A stretch of DNA of 64,000 nucleotides from an uncultured Flavobacteriaceae bacterium (GCA_943789225.1 CALSTH010000003.1:103395-167394); one strand, 5' to 3'. Shown: positions 19,315-28,844, numbered from the stretch's first letter. The notes: generated from the letters alone by a model not told the origin. Numbers and translations: made by a program.

Positions 19315-20610
19315 ATGAACACCCTAGATATCTTATTCGTACTTCCCTTATTGATCATCTTCTCTTATTTGTTTGATGCCTTTGCGCGTAAGACAAAATT
19401 TCCTTCGGTAATTCTATTGATGGCTACAGGGATCATCATTCGGTTTGTAATCTCCTTTTCAGGCTATGACAATTTTGCTTTTCTGGACAATCTCATTCCC
19501 GTTTTAGGGACTATTGGATTGATCTTAATTGTTTTAGAAGGGGCTATCGAATTGGAGATTACCCGTGAGAAATTACTGCTTATCGTCAAGGGTTTCCTCG
19601 CAGCACTGATTATTTTAATTGGGAACATTTATGTCTTACAATTTTTATTTAAAGTTCTTTTTGAAATGGAAGGTGCCCCAGCGATACTTTTTGCCATTCC
19701 TCTTGCTATTATCAGCAGTGCTGTAGCCATTCCTTCAGCTTCCAGTCTGCTCCAACTGGAACGAGAGTTTGTCGTTTATGAATCTACTTTTTCCGATATT
19801 TTGGGGATTATGATTTTTAATTATGCCCTGCGCCAATTGGAATCCCAACAACCCCTTTTGGGGCCAGAACCCTTGGTATCCTTAGGGCTTCAAATTATTG
19901 GAGTGATTGTAATTTCATTATTGATAACCTACGTTTTGTTTCGATTGATGCAACAAATTGATCACAAAGTCAAATTCTTTTTGATTCTCGCTTTGTTGAT
20001 CTTGGTTTATGCCTTTGGAAAAGTACTCCATCTCCCCGCTTTGGTTACCATCTTTATCTTTGGAATCTTTTTAAGTAATGTAAAAAGCTTACTCCCTCCT
20101 TTTTTAAGAAAAACACTGGACCTCGAAGCTACAGAAAAAGAACTTCACGAATTTCATATCCTCACTGCAGAATCCACCTTTCTGGTACGTACTTTTTTCT
20201 TTTTGTTTTTTGGCTTTTCGATCCAACTTTCAGATTTTACGAGTACAAGTCCAGTGTTGTACGGCTTACTCATTTTTCTAGCCATGTTTGTCCTTCGCTA
20301 TGTTTACTTTACCGCAACAAGCTTGAAACTTAAACCCAGCCCATTGGTCTATATGTCCCCACGCGGACTAATCAGTATTTTACTTTTCCTACAACTCAAT
20401 GAGGTTAACTTTATCAATCTAGAAGAAAGTCCTGTAGATGAAAGCCTGCTTCTCATCGTTATTTTGAGTTCTATGTTGGTCATGCTATTGGGTACGATGA
20501 AAAAAGATCAGAAAAAAGAAATTGAAATTGAAGACGAGGAAGCCCCTTTATCTGTAGAAATGGACATTGAGCCCCAATCCCTTACTGAGAAGGATAACAA
20601 AAATCTTTAA
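19315..20610 (+). CDS. cation:proton antiporter-family membrane protein (Na+/H+ exchanger fold)
   Basis: 431 aa, about 11-12 TM, acidic hydrophilic tail. Family resemblance only; substrate unknown. Confidence 0.75.
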   Translation: MNTLDILFVLPLLIIFSYLFDAFARKTKFPSVILLMATGIIIRFVISFSGYDNFAFLDNLIPVLGTIGLILIVLEGAIELEITREKLLLIVKGFLAALIILIGNIYVLQFLFKVLFEMEGAPAILFAIPLAIISSAVAIPSASSLLQLEREFVVYESTFSDILGIMIFNYALRQLESQQPLLGPEPLVSLGLQIIGVIVISLLITYVLFRLMQQIDHKVKFFLILALLILVYAFGKVLHLPALVTIFIFGIFLSNVKSLLPPFLRKTLDLEATEKELHEFHILTAESTFLVRTFFFLFFGFSIQLSDFTSTSPVLYGLLIFLAMFVLRYVYFTATSLKLKPSPLVYMSPRGLISILLFLQLNEVNFINLEESPVDESLLLIVILSSMLVMLLGTMKKDQKKEIEIEDEEAPLSVEMDIEPQSLTEKDNKNL

Positions 20611-20621
20611 AAATAAAACTC

Positions 20622-21593
20622 ATGTATCCCATTCAACGCAACAGAAGACTTCGAAGCAGTGCAAGCCTGAGGGCCTTAGTACAAGAATTCAGCTTGAGTC
20701 CAAACGACTTTATTGTACCCTTATTTGTCATTGAAGGAAACCAAATAAAAGAAGAAATCCCTTCCATGCCCGGTTACTTCAGAATGAGTACCGACCATCT
20801 CTCCAAACAGGTAAAAACCCTTTGGTCTTTAGGATTGAAATCGGTTTTGCTTTTTGTCAAAGTCCCAGATGCACTTAAAGACAATCTGGGCACAGAGGCA
20901 CTTAATCCAGAGGGACTTATGCAGCGGGCCATTAAAACAGTGAAAGAGGCTGTCCCAGAAATGGTGGTGATGACAGATGTGGCCTTGGATCCCTATTCTT
21001 CTTTCGGTCACGATGGGATTGTAGAAGGAGGAAAAATTGTCAATGATTCCACAGTAAAGGTGCTTTCTAAAATGGCCTTGTCACACGCCCAGGCAGGTGC
21101 CGATGTAGTAGCTCCCAGCGACATGATGGACGGCCGAATTCTCAACATACGAAAGGAACTGGAAGCGGCAAATTTTACTGAAACCGTCATTATGAGTTAC
21201 AGCGCGAAGTACGCTTCTGCATTTTACGGTCCCTTTCGGGATGCGCTAGATTCTGCTCCCGGATTTGGTGATAAAAAAACCTATCAAATGGATTTCCGAA
21301 ACCGAAAAGAAGCCTTGATCGAAACCCAAAGGGATCTTGAAGAAGGGGCTGATATTGTAATGGTAAAACCCGGCTTGGCGTATCTGGATATCATCCGAGA
21401 TTTACGAGAAGAAGTGGCTGCCCCCATTGCAGCATATCAAGTGAGTGGAGAATATGCCATGCTAAAAGCTGCCGCAGAAAAAGGATGGTTGGATCACGAT
21501 CAAATTATGCTCGAACAACTCCTCAGTTTTAAACGAGCAGGAGCCTCATTGATTGCGAGCTACTTTGCAGAAGAGGCTGTTAAACTAATCTAA
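20622..21593 (+). CDS. hemB: porphobilinogen synthase (ALA dehydratase), Asp-rich (non-zinc) type
   Basis: DVALDPYSSFGHDGIV replaces the Cys-rich Zn site. Active-site Lys region VMVKPGLAYLDII. 323 aa. Confidence 0.92.
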   Translation: MYPIQRNRRLRSSASLRALVQEFSLSPNDFIVPLFVIEGNQIKEEIPSMPGYFRMSTDHLSKQVKTLWSLGLKSVLLFVKVPDALKDNLGTEALNPEGLMQRAIKTVKEAVPEMVVMTDVALDPYSSFGHDGIVEGGKIVNDSTVKVLSKMALSHAQAGADVVAPSDMMDGRILNIRKELEAANFTETVIMSYSAKYASAFYGPFRDALDSAPGFGDKKTYQMDFRNRKEALIETQRDLEEGADIVMVKPGLAYLDIIRDLREEVAAPIAAYQVSGEYAMLKAAAEKGWLDHDQIMLEQLLSFKRAGASLIASYFAEEAVKLI

Positions 21594-21648
21594 AATAGTT
21601 AACCAAATAAATTAAAATTGTAATTTCGTCAAGACCCAAATCTTTGAC

Positions 21649-22695
21649 ATGAAGCCTCGTACCCTCATTCAAATACTGTTTTTCTCGCTCCTCATCGGAT
21701 GTACAGGTATCGACTTGATCGATGATTACGTCTCTCCTGTAGTTCGAATTACTACCCCTGTGACCTCGCTCACCGTTGGGACTAACTTTCAGTTTGAAGC
21801 GCGTTATTTTAATGTCATTGGAGAATTGACCCCAGGCTTTGAACTGCGTTGGGAAAGTTCTGATCCGAACCTTTTAGAAATTGATGCGCAAGGAAATGTA
21901 ACCCCAAAAAAAGAGGGAACTGTTACAATTACTGTCCGCGTTACTTCCGAAGAAGGAAAGGAACTTTCGGATCAAATTAACTTTGAAATCAAAAGTGCTT
22001 TTGTTCTTATTCCTGAAGACATGGACCCCGAAGAAGAAGTTGAAATGCCTCCAGAAATGAATACCTCAAGTTCTACCTTGGTAATGACAGTTACCCCTAC
22101 CCTTCAAATCAGCAATGGAATTGCACAAATAAACGTGGGTACTGAATATCTTTTTGAAATTCAATTTACGGACGAGTTGGGAATGGAAACCCTACCTGAT
22201 ACCGTGCTTTGGGAAAGCTCCAATTCTGAGGTGCTTTCGGTAGATGAAAACGGCACTTTAACTGCAGTTTCTGCGGGTACCGCAAGTGTGACCGTCTCCA
22301 CCTTGGTTTCCGATACCCTGATCCTCTACACCAATTCAATTCAGGTAGTCAATCCTGTAATGGTAAGTACAGTTACTTCCTATACAGGTATTGTAGAAAC
22401 CACCAGTAGCTATCAGCTGGAAGGTACTTTTACTTTGGCTGTTATAGGAGAGTAACTTATCCTTTCCGTAGGTAGTGACTACAAAGCCTCTACCGCATTA
22501 CCTGGACTTTATATCTATTTATCCAATAACAACAATACCATTTCTCAAGCCTTGGAGCTGGGTGCCGTAATCGTTTTTCAAGGAGCTCATGAATACATCC
22601 TCCCCTCTCACGTAGAACTTATGGACTATCAATACATTCTGTACTGGTGTAAACCGTTTAATGTGAAAGTGGGGCATGCTAAAATATACGATTGA
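21649..22695 (+). pseudogene. Big_2-repeat lipoprotein with C-terminal DM13 domain, interrupted by in-frame TAA at 22453-22455
   Basis: Lipobox LLIGC and two Big_2-like modules. The frame continues after the TAA for 79 codons (LILSVGSDYKASTALPGLYIYLSNNNN...YQYILYWCKPFNVKVGHAKIYD), completing a DM13 domain that starts before the stop. The final TGA overlaps the next ATG. Confidence 0.75.
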
Positions 22696-23537
22696 TGAAA
22701 TTCAAATACCTCATAGTAGTACTACTCACTTTTAGTTTCTCTGAAGCCCAATGGCTCAAGGAAAAAGGAAAGGGATATTACAAACTTGGATCTTGGTCTT
22801 TACTAGCCGATGAATACTTTACAAACTTAGGCGGCGTGGATCCCAATGCCAGTCGAGGGTTGTTTATCTCGAGTTTCTTCAGACATTATGGGCTTTCAGA
22901 TAAAATCAACTTGATTGGCTACATCCCTTTTTTTGTAAAAAATTATCAATTTGCTCAAATTTCTCAAACTACAGGAAAAGAATACGAGCCTCGAAGGGAA
23001 TTTAATGGCCTAGGAGACATCAATTTGGCTGCAGAATTTAAAATCACTCCCTTGGGCAATTGGGCCTTTTCGGGGACGCTACTCTTAGGCATTCCTTCTG
23101 GAAAAGAGGTTGCTGGTTTTGACGGAAGTTATCAAACTGGGGACGGCGAATTTAATCAACAGGTACAACTCAATTTTGGAAAAAGCTACTCCCTAGGGAA
23201 ACAGGCTTTTTATTTAAAAAGCTATTTGGGCTACAACAACCGTTCCGGTGGATTTTCTGACGAATTACACAGCTTTGCAGAAACAGAAACCCAGCTGTGG
23301 AATTCAAAACTTTTAGTGCTGAGTCGTCTCCACTGGATTAGACCTTTGTACAACGGGACGCTTGACGCCTCCAATGCCAGTGGGGCAATCTTTGCTAATA
23401 ATATCGAAAGTTTTACCCTAGGCGGAGAAGTGGCAATAAATTTAGGAGCACACTGGGGCGTCTTTTTGCCGCAGCAACTCCTTTATTTGGTAAAGTCATT
23501 TTCAAAGGAAACATCTATTCGGGAGGACTTTTCTTAA
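22695..23537 (+). CDS. hypothetical outer-membrane beta-barrel-like protein (C-terminus probably frameshifted, see findings)
   Basis: Signal peptide (FSFSEAQ), alternating-hydrophobicity strands. ATG 22695 overlaps the upstream TGA. No family name recognised. Confidence 0.6.
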   Translation: MKFKYLIVVLLTFSFSEAQWLKEKGKGYYKLGSWSLLADEYFTNLGGVDPNASRGLFISSFFRHYGLSDKINLIGYIPFFVKNYQFAQISQTTGKEYEPRREFNGLGDINLAAEFKITPLGNWAFSGTLLLGIPSGKEVAGFDGSYQTGDGEFNQQVQLNFGKSYSLGKQAFYLKSYLGYNNRSGGFSDELHSFAETETQLWNSKLLVLSRLHWIRPLYNGTLDASNASGAIFANNIESFTLGGEVAINLGAHWGVFLPQQLLYLVKSFSKETSIREDFS

Positions 23538-23553
23538 ATTACTAAAGCAGTAT

Positions 23554-24801
23554 TTAATTACGCTCTGGAGCAAAAGGGCTTAAGTCCAAACTAGAGAATT
23601 GATTAGAAATTAGTTCGGTGACCAATTTCCCTGTTGCAGGGCCCAAACTCCATCCCATCATCGAATGTCCCGTTGCCAAAACCAAATTTGCTACAGCACT
23701 GTGTCTTCCAATAAAAGGAAGCCCGTCAGGAGAAAGGGGGCGAAGCCCACTTTGAACCTCATCGATAGAAGCTTGAGGAATACGTACTTCAGGATAATAG
23801 TCATTTGCCACCTTGGCAATTGCAGCAACACGTTTTGCATTGATCTTTTGATTGATCCCTGAAATTTCCATCGTTCCCCCAAAGCGAGTAAATCCTTCCA
23901 TAGGGGTCACAGCCACCTTTGCTTCCAACAAAATAGCAGGTAGATTTATTCCCGTGGATTGATTCAGGTTGAGACGATACCCTTTTCCCGCCTGGACCGA
24001 CAAACGAACTCCTAAGGTTTTTAAAAGTTGTTCTGACCAAGCCCCTGTTGCAACAACGAATTCATCGGCTGGAAACTGACCGCGGTCTGTTTGTACCGCT
24101 ATAAGATGATTCCCCTTTTTTTGGAAAGAGGTCACCTCGCGCTCTAAAACAAACTCAACTCCCTGAGTGGTGAGATGCGCCTTTAGATTTTTCATGAATA
24201 ATTCGGGAGTGCTATGCGCATCACTTTCATACCAATACGCCCCTGCAATATCCATGGGAGCCTCGGGCTGAAGCTCAGAAACCTCTTCTTTAGAATAGTG
24301 ATTTACGGTGATCCCCAACTCTTTTGCCCAACGGACTACCTCGGCTTCTTCACGTTCAGCATGAGCCGTTTTATAAGCCATTAGCAATCCTTTAGTTTCC
24401 AGGTGAAAGTCCAAGAATTGAGTTTTTTGCATTTCCAGATATAATTGTTTGCTCAACAAGTTGATTTCCAAAATGGATTTCATCGAGCGTTGCACATGTT
24501 CTGGAGTACAGGATTTCATAAACTTTAAACCCCAGCGGATCAAATCCAAATCGAATCTAGGCTTGATGTAAAAAGGACTGGAAGCGTTAAACATCCAGCG
24601 GATTCCTTTAGTGATCATTCCTGGAGCTGCCATGGGCACAATATGACTGGGCGTCAGATATCCCGCATTGACGTGAGAAGCCCCAGAGGTAATCTGACCT
24701 TTGTCAATCACACTTACTTCATGACCTTCTTGTAAAAGATAATAGGCGGTGGACAAGCCCACAATTCCCCCTCCAATGACGATTACTTTCTTCTTTGCCA
24801 T
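23554..24801 (-). CDS. FAD-dependent oxidoreductase, D-amino-acid/D-hydroxyproline dehydrogenase-like
   Basis: VIVIGGGIVGLSTAYYL Rossmann motif, DAO family size. Last gene of a hydroxyproline-type operon. Confidence 0.8.
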   Translation of the reverse strand: MAKKKVIVIGGGIVGLSTAYYLLQEGHEVSVIDKGQITSGASHVNAGYLTPSHIVPMAAPGMITKGIRWMFNASSPFYIKPRFDLDLIRWGLKFMKSCTPEHVQRSMKSILEINLLSKQLYLEMQKTQFLDFHLETKGLLMAYKTAHAEREEAEVVRWAKELGITVNHYSKEEVSELQPEAPMDIAGAYWYESDAHSTPELFMKNLKAHLTTQGVEFVLEREVTSFQKKGNHLIAVQTDRGQFPADEFVVATGAWSEQLLKTLGVRLSVQAGKGYRLNLNQSTGINLPAILLEAKVAVTPMEGFTRFGGTMEISGINQKINAKRVAAIAKVANDYYPEVRIPQASIDEVQSGLRPLSPDGLPFIGRHSAVANLVLATGHSMMGWSLGPATGKLVTELISNQFSSLDLSPFAPERN

Positions 24802-24802
24802 A

Positions 24803-25813
24803 TCAAATAACTTGAAACCCTTTTACATAAGGATCCTCAGGATCTAAAATGAGTTGATTATAACCGATAATACGGGCGTTCCCTTCGATACTGGGCACCA
24901 TACCCTTTAGGCTTCCGACCTGTGCCTCAGCTTCTACCCGACCTGTAAATAGCGAACCGATTATACTTTCGTGAACAAAAGTGTCTCCCACTTGTAATTT
25001 TCCTTTTGCGAACCATTGAGCCATACGAGCGGAAGTTCCTGTACCACAAGGCGACCGATCGATTGCTTTGTCACCGTAAAACACGGCATTGCTTGCAGTA
25101 GCTACTTTTTGCGTGGGTTTTCCGCCCCATAAAACATGACTACAGCCGCTTATTTTTTCATCCAAAGGGTGTTCAAAATTGAACTTGGCATTGATCTGCT
25201 TCCGAATCGAACGGCTCCACCCGATCAACTCTCCCACAGTATAGGCTGCAATTCCTTTAAAGTTTTCCTGTATATCAACAATGGCATAGAAGTTCCCGCC
25301 GTAGGAAACATCAATTTTTAATGGTCCTAGATCTGGACATTCGATTTCTAAATCAGATGCTGCTAAAAAAGCAGGTACATTAGTGAATTTCACCCCCGTC
25401 ACCTTAGATCCCCTCTTTTCATAAGAAACAACTACCAATCCAGCAGGGGTTTCAACACCTAATTGACCTTCTTTTTTTGGGGTAATTAATCCTTCTTCTA
25501 AGAGTACAGTCAGTGTGCCGATCAAACCGTGTCCGCACATCGGAAGACATCCGCTGGTTTCTATAAACAATAGGGCAACATCGTTTTCAGGATTTTGAGG
25601 AGGGTAAAAAAAGCTCCCACTCATCATGTCGTGTCCGTGGGGTTCAAACATCAATCCCGTTCGAATCCAATCGTATTCTTTCATAAAATACAATCGCTTT
25701 TCTCCCATACTTTGCCCCTTCAGTTCAGGTTTGGGTCCTTTGACTAAACGCACTGGATTTCCAGCGGTGTAGGCATCTACACAATCAAAAACAATTCGTT
25801 CTTTGGAATTCAT
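24803..25813 (-). CDS. proline racemase-family enzyme, Cys/Cys type (4-hydroxyproline 2-epimerase-like)
   Basis: Both catalytic Cys motifs are present (PMCGHG and DRSPCGTGTSA). 336 aa. Confidence 0.85.
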   Translation of the reverse strand: MNSKERIVFDCVDAYTAGNPVRLVKGPKPELKGQSMGEKRLYFMKEYDWIRTGLMFEPHGHDMMSGSFFYPPQNPENDVALLFIETSGCLPMCGHGLIGTLTVLLEEGLITPKKEGQLGVETPAGLVVVSYEKRGSKVTGVKFTNVPAFLAASDLEIECPDLGPLKIDVSYGGNFYAIVDIQENFKGIAAYTVGELIGWSRSIRKQINAKFNFEHPLDEKISGCSHVLWGGKPTQKVATASNAVFYGDKAIDRSPCGTGTSARMAQWFAKGKLQVGDTFVHESIIGSLFTGRVEAEAQVGSLKGMVPSIEGNARIIGYNQLILDPEDPYVKGFQVI

Positions 25814-27351
25814 ATCACTTCCTTTGTTGACTTTCCGTTTAGGTTTCTGAGCAAAGACAAAGGGTTTTCATTTTGTAACGCTAGGGGTAGCAAACCGTTA
25901 GGGCAATCTTGAAAGGCCACAGGACGCAGCCAGCGATAAATCGCATCTGTACCTACCGAGGTATAACGTCCGTCGGTTGAGGTAGGGTAAGGACCCCCGT
26001 GTTGCATCGCTTGGGTAACAGCAACTCCAGTAGGAACTCCTTCGAAAAGGAGTCTCCCCACTTTATTTTTTAATTTTTGTAGTACTGATTTTATTTTTGG
26101 ATACTCTTCTTCTTCCGCCAGAAGTGTGGCCGTTAGTTGACCGGAGAGTTTTTCTGCAACGGCAGTCATTTCCTCCAAAGAATGACAGTGTACAAAAAGG
26201 CTAAAAGGACCAAAAACCTCCTCCGTAAGATGCATCTGAATTAACAGATCTTTTCCAGAAATCAAACCTACGGCTGCATCGCTGGATTCTGATTTTAAAA
26301 GGTTTTGTAACGCTTTATTTTGTCTCAGTTCCTCCAGTTGCACTTGATAGTTTTTTTGAATGTTACTGTGTACCATCGGAGGAAGCTCCATGGGGTTTAT
26401 ATGAGCACTTACCCGAGTAAAAAGGTCGCTTTTGCCCTGTGGATCACAAAACAAAATCAACCCTGGATTGGTACAAAACTGTCCTGTTCCCAAGGCAATG
26501 GATTGGGCTAAAGTCTCCGGAAGTGATTTGTCTTTGATCAGTCGCTTTTCCGAAATAAAAATAGGATTGACACTTCCCATTTCTGCAAAAACAGGAATGG
26601 GTTCTTCACGGGTTTGAGCTAAATCATAGAGGGCTTTTCCCCCAGCAAAACTCCCTGTAAAACCAACTCCCTTTAGCAAGGGGTGAGTTACCAATTGCTT
26701 TCCGATTTCATGAGAGGTTCCTCCTAAATGTGAAAACACATCTGGAGGCAATCCAGACAAAAGAAGAGCGTTGTGAATCGCTTCAGCAACCAAGGCACTT
26801 GTGCCTGCATGATAGGGATGGGCTTTGACAATTACCGGGCATCCGGAGGCTAAAGCAGAAATCGTATCTCCCCCAGCGGTGGAAAAAGCCAAAGGAAAAT
26901 TACTAGCTCCAAAGACACCAATGGGCCCGATGGGATGGAGCATTTTTCGCAAATCGGGACCCGCTGTATGAATCGTGGCTTGAACAAAAGAGCCTTCTTG
27001 AAGCAGTTCTACAAAACGCTGAATCTGACCCAGGGTGCGATCAAACTCCCCTTGGGCGCGTCCCTCAGGAAGAGCAGACTCTTCTTTATACGTTTGTAAA
27101 ATCTCAGGGCGTATTGCTTTCAACTCTTTTTGAATGGCCTGCAAAAATTGAGTTCGCTGTTCCAGTGTAGTCTCCGCATAAAGGTCAAAAATTGCCGCTG
27201 CCTTGTTAACGGATTCCTCCACTTGAGCATTAGTCGCTTCTTGGAATACCGTATTTAGGGTTTCGTCTGTCTTTGGATTTACGGTTTGAAAGGGCGTTGC
27301 CTGAGGATTGTTTTGCCAAATACCAGCTACTAAATTCTGTGTTTTAATCAT
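25810..27351 (-). CDS. NAD(P)-dependent aldehyde dehydrogenase (alpha-ketoglutaric semialdehyde dehydrogenase-like)
   Basis: ALDH catalytic FAEMGSVNP (Glu) and GQFCTNPG (Cys). 4-nt overlaps on both sides. Confidence 0.85.
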   Translation of the reverse strand: MIKTQNLVAGIWQNNPQATPFQTVNPKTDETLNTVFQEATNAQVEESVNKAAAIFDLYAETTLEQRTQFLQAIQKELKAIRPEILQTYKEESALPEGRAQGEFDRTLGQIQRFVELLQEGSFVQATIHTAGPDLRKMLHPIGPIGVFGASNFPLAFSTAGGDTISALASGCPVIVKAHPYHAGTSALVAEAIHNALLLSGLPPDVFSHLGGTSHEIGKQLVTHPLLKGVGFTGSFAGGKALYDLAQTREEPIPVFAEMGSVNPIFISEKRLIKDKSLPETLAQSIALGTGQFCTNPGLILFCDPQGKSDLFTRVSAHINPMELPPMVHSNIQKNYQVQLEELRQNKALQNLLKSESSDAAVGLISGKDLLIQMHLTEEVFGPFSLFVHCHSLEEMTAVAEKLSGQLTATLLAEEEEYPKIKSVLQKLKNKVGRLLFEGVPTGVAVTQAMQHGGPYPTSTDGRYTSVGTDAIYRWLRPVAFQDCPNGLLPLALQNENPLSLLRNLNGKSTKEVI

Positions 27352-28268
27352 ACGTATTTTTTATAATCCAACTCTTTTGGACGGCTTGCAAGACCTTTTT
27401 TAATAATGGCTTGTATCCGTTCCCATTCTTTTCCTTGGAGAGGGAGTCTGGGAGGTCGAACGTGACCCGTACCTAAACCTGTGGCTACCTCACACAATTT
27501 AATATTTTGCACCAACTGAGGAGAAATATCTAATTCTAGTAAGGGTAAGAACCATCTGAAAATAGATCGGGCTTTTTCTATTTCACCGATTTTACAATAC
27601 GTATAAATGGCCACGGTCTCCTCTGGAAAAGCATCCACCAAACCGGCCACCCATCCATTCGCACCCATGAGCAAGGTTTCCATCGCAATAGTATCCACCC
27701 CGCACAAGATTTTAAAACGCTCCCCAAAGCGATTGATCATCCGTGTTACGTTGGTGACATCCCGTGTTGATTCTTTAACCGCAGTAATGTTTTGATGAGA
27801 TTCCAAAGCTGCAAACATTTCTAGTGTGACTTCAATCTTATAATCTACAGGATTGTTGTAAATCATAATGGGTAGTTGTGTAGAAGAGGCTATCGAAGCA
27901 AAGTAAGCTACCGTTTCGTGATCTGTGGCTTTGTAACGCATGGGAGGAAGTAGCATCAGTCCATTCGCGCCCTCGGACTCTGCCTGTTGTGCCAGGCGAA
28001 TGGCTTCCTGTGTGGACTGTTCGGCAATATTCATGATGACAGGAATTTTACCTTCTACTTGTTCTAAGGTTGTTGCCAAAAGCTGCTGCTTTTCTTGGGC
28101 AGTTAAGGTGCTGGCTTCCCCAAGGGTTCCTCCGAGGATGATGCCGTGTACACCTGCCTTTATCTGATGCGACAGGTTGTGTTTAAACGCATCTAGATCC
28201 AAATTACCTTGTGCATCAAATTGGGTCGTAGTTGCGGGCATTACCCCTTCCCATTTAAAGTCTTTCAT
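27348..28268 (-). CDS. DapA/DHDPS-family lyase (delta1-pyrroline-4-hydroxy-2-carboxylate deaminase-like by context)
   Basis: GTLGEAST and Schiff-base Lys region ITAVKEST. First gene of the operon. Confidence 0.8.
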   Translation of the reverse strand: MKDFKWEGVMPATTTQFDAQGNLDLDAFKHNLSHQIKAGVHGIILGGTLGEASTLTAQEKQQLLATTLEQVEGKIPVIMNIAEQSTQEAIRLAQQAESEGANGLMLLPPMRYKATDHETVAYFASIASSTQLPIMIYNNPVDYKIEVTLEMFAALESHQNITAVKESTRDVTNVTRMINRFGERFKILCGVDTIAMETLLMGANGWVAGLVDAFPEETVAIYTYCKIGEIEKARSIFRWFLPLLELDISPQLVQNIKLCEVATGLGTGHVRPPRLPLQGKEWERIQAIIKKGLASRPKELDYKKYV

Positions 28269-28361
28269 TTGCCTATGAATTATAAATTTTCGAGCTCTAA
28301 TATAAGTTTTTAATAAAAGATTTTTACATTAAAACCGTTTAACAAATTAAGCCCTCACACT

Positions 28362-28844
28362 ATGGAAACAAATCACTACTTCAAAAGCCCTTTGGGTTGG
28401 ATCGAAATCCGGGTTACTTCTTCCGCCTTAAAGCAATTAATCTTTGTTTCAAAGGAACCACCCCTTTATGAAAATAAAAAGTCAAAGATTGTTGAAGACA
28501 CTAGGGAAGCGCTCAATCTATATTTTTCAAATCCCAAAAGTGTTCCAGACATTCCGCTTCTTCCTGAGGGAACTGCTTTTCAAAAGAAGATCTGGAAGTT
28601 GATTGCAGACATCCCCCCTGGAGAAACCAGAACCTATTATCAAATAGCAAATCAGTTTGGAAATCCCAAAGCCGTGCGTGCAGTAGGAACTGCCCTAGGT
28701 CAAAATCCGATTCTAATTTTTATCCCTTGTCATCGTGTGATTGGTAGTGGGGGTTCCCTGACGGGCTATGCAGGAGGAATTGAGAAAAAAAGAAAGTTGC
28801 TGGAACACGAAGGTTATCCCATTCAAAAAATACTAGATTTGTAA
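28362..28844 (+). CDS. ogt: methylated-DNA-protein-cysteine methyltransferase
   Basis: IPCHRVIGSGGSLTGYAGG active-site motif, 160 aa. Confidence 0.9.
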   Translation: METNHYFKSPLGWIEIRVTSSALKQLIFVSKEPPLYENKKSKIVEDTREALNLYFSNPKSVPDIPLLPEGTAFQKKIWKLIADIPPGETRTYYQIANQFGNPKAVRAVGTALGQNPILIFIPCHRVIGSGGSLTGYAGGIEKKRKLLEHEGYPIQKILDL

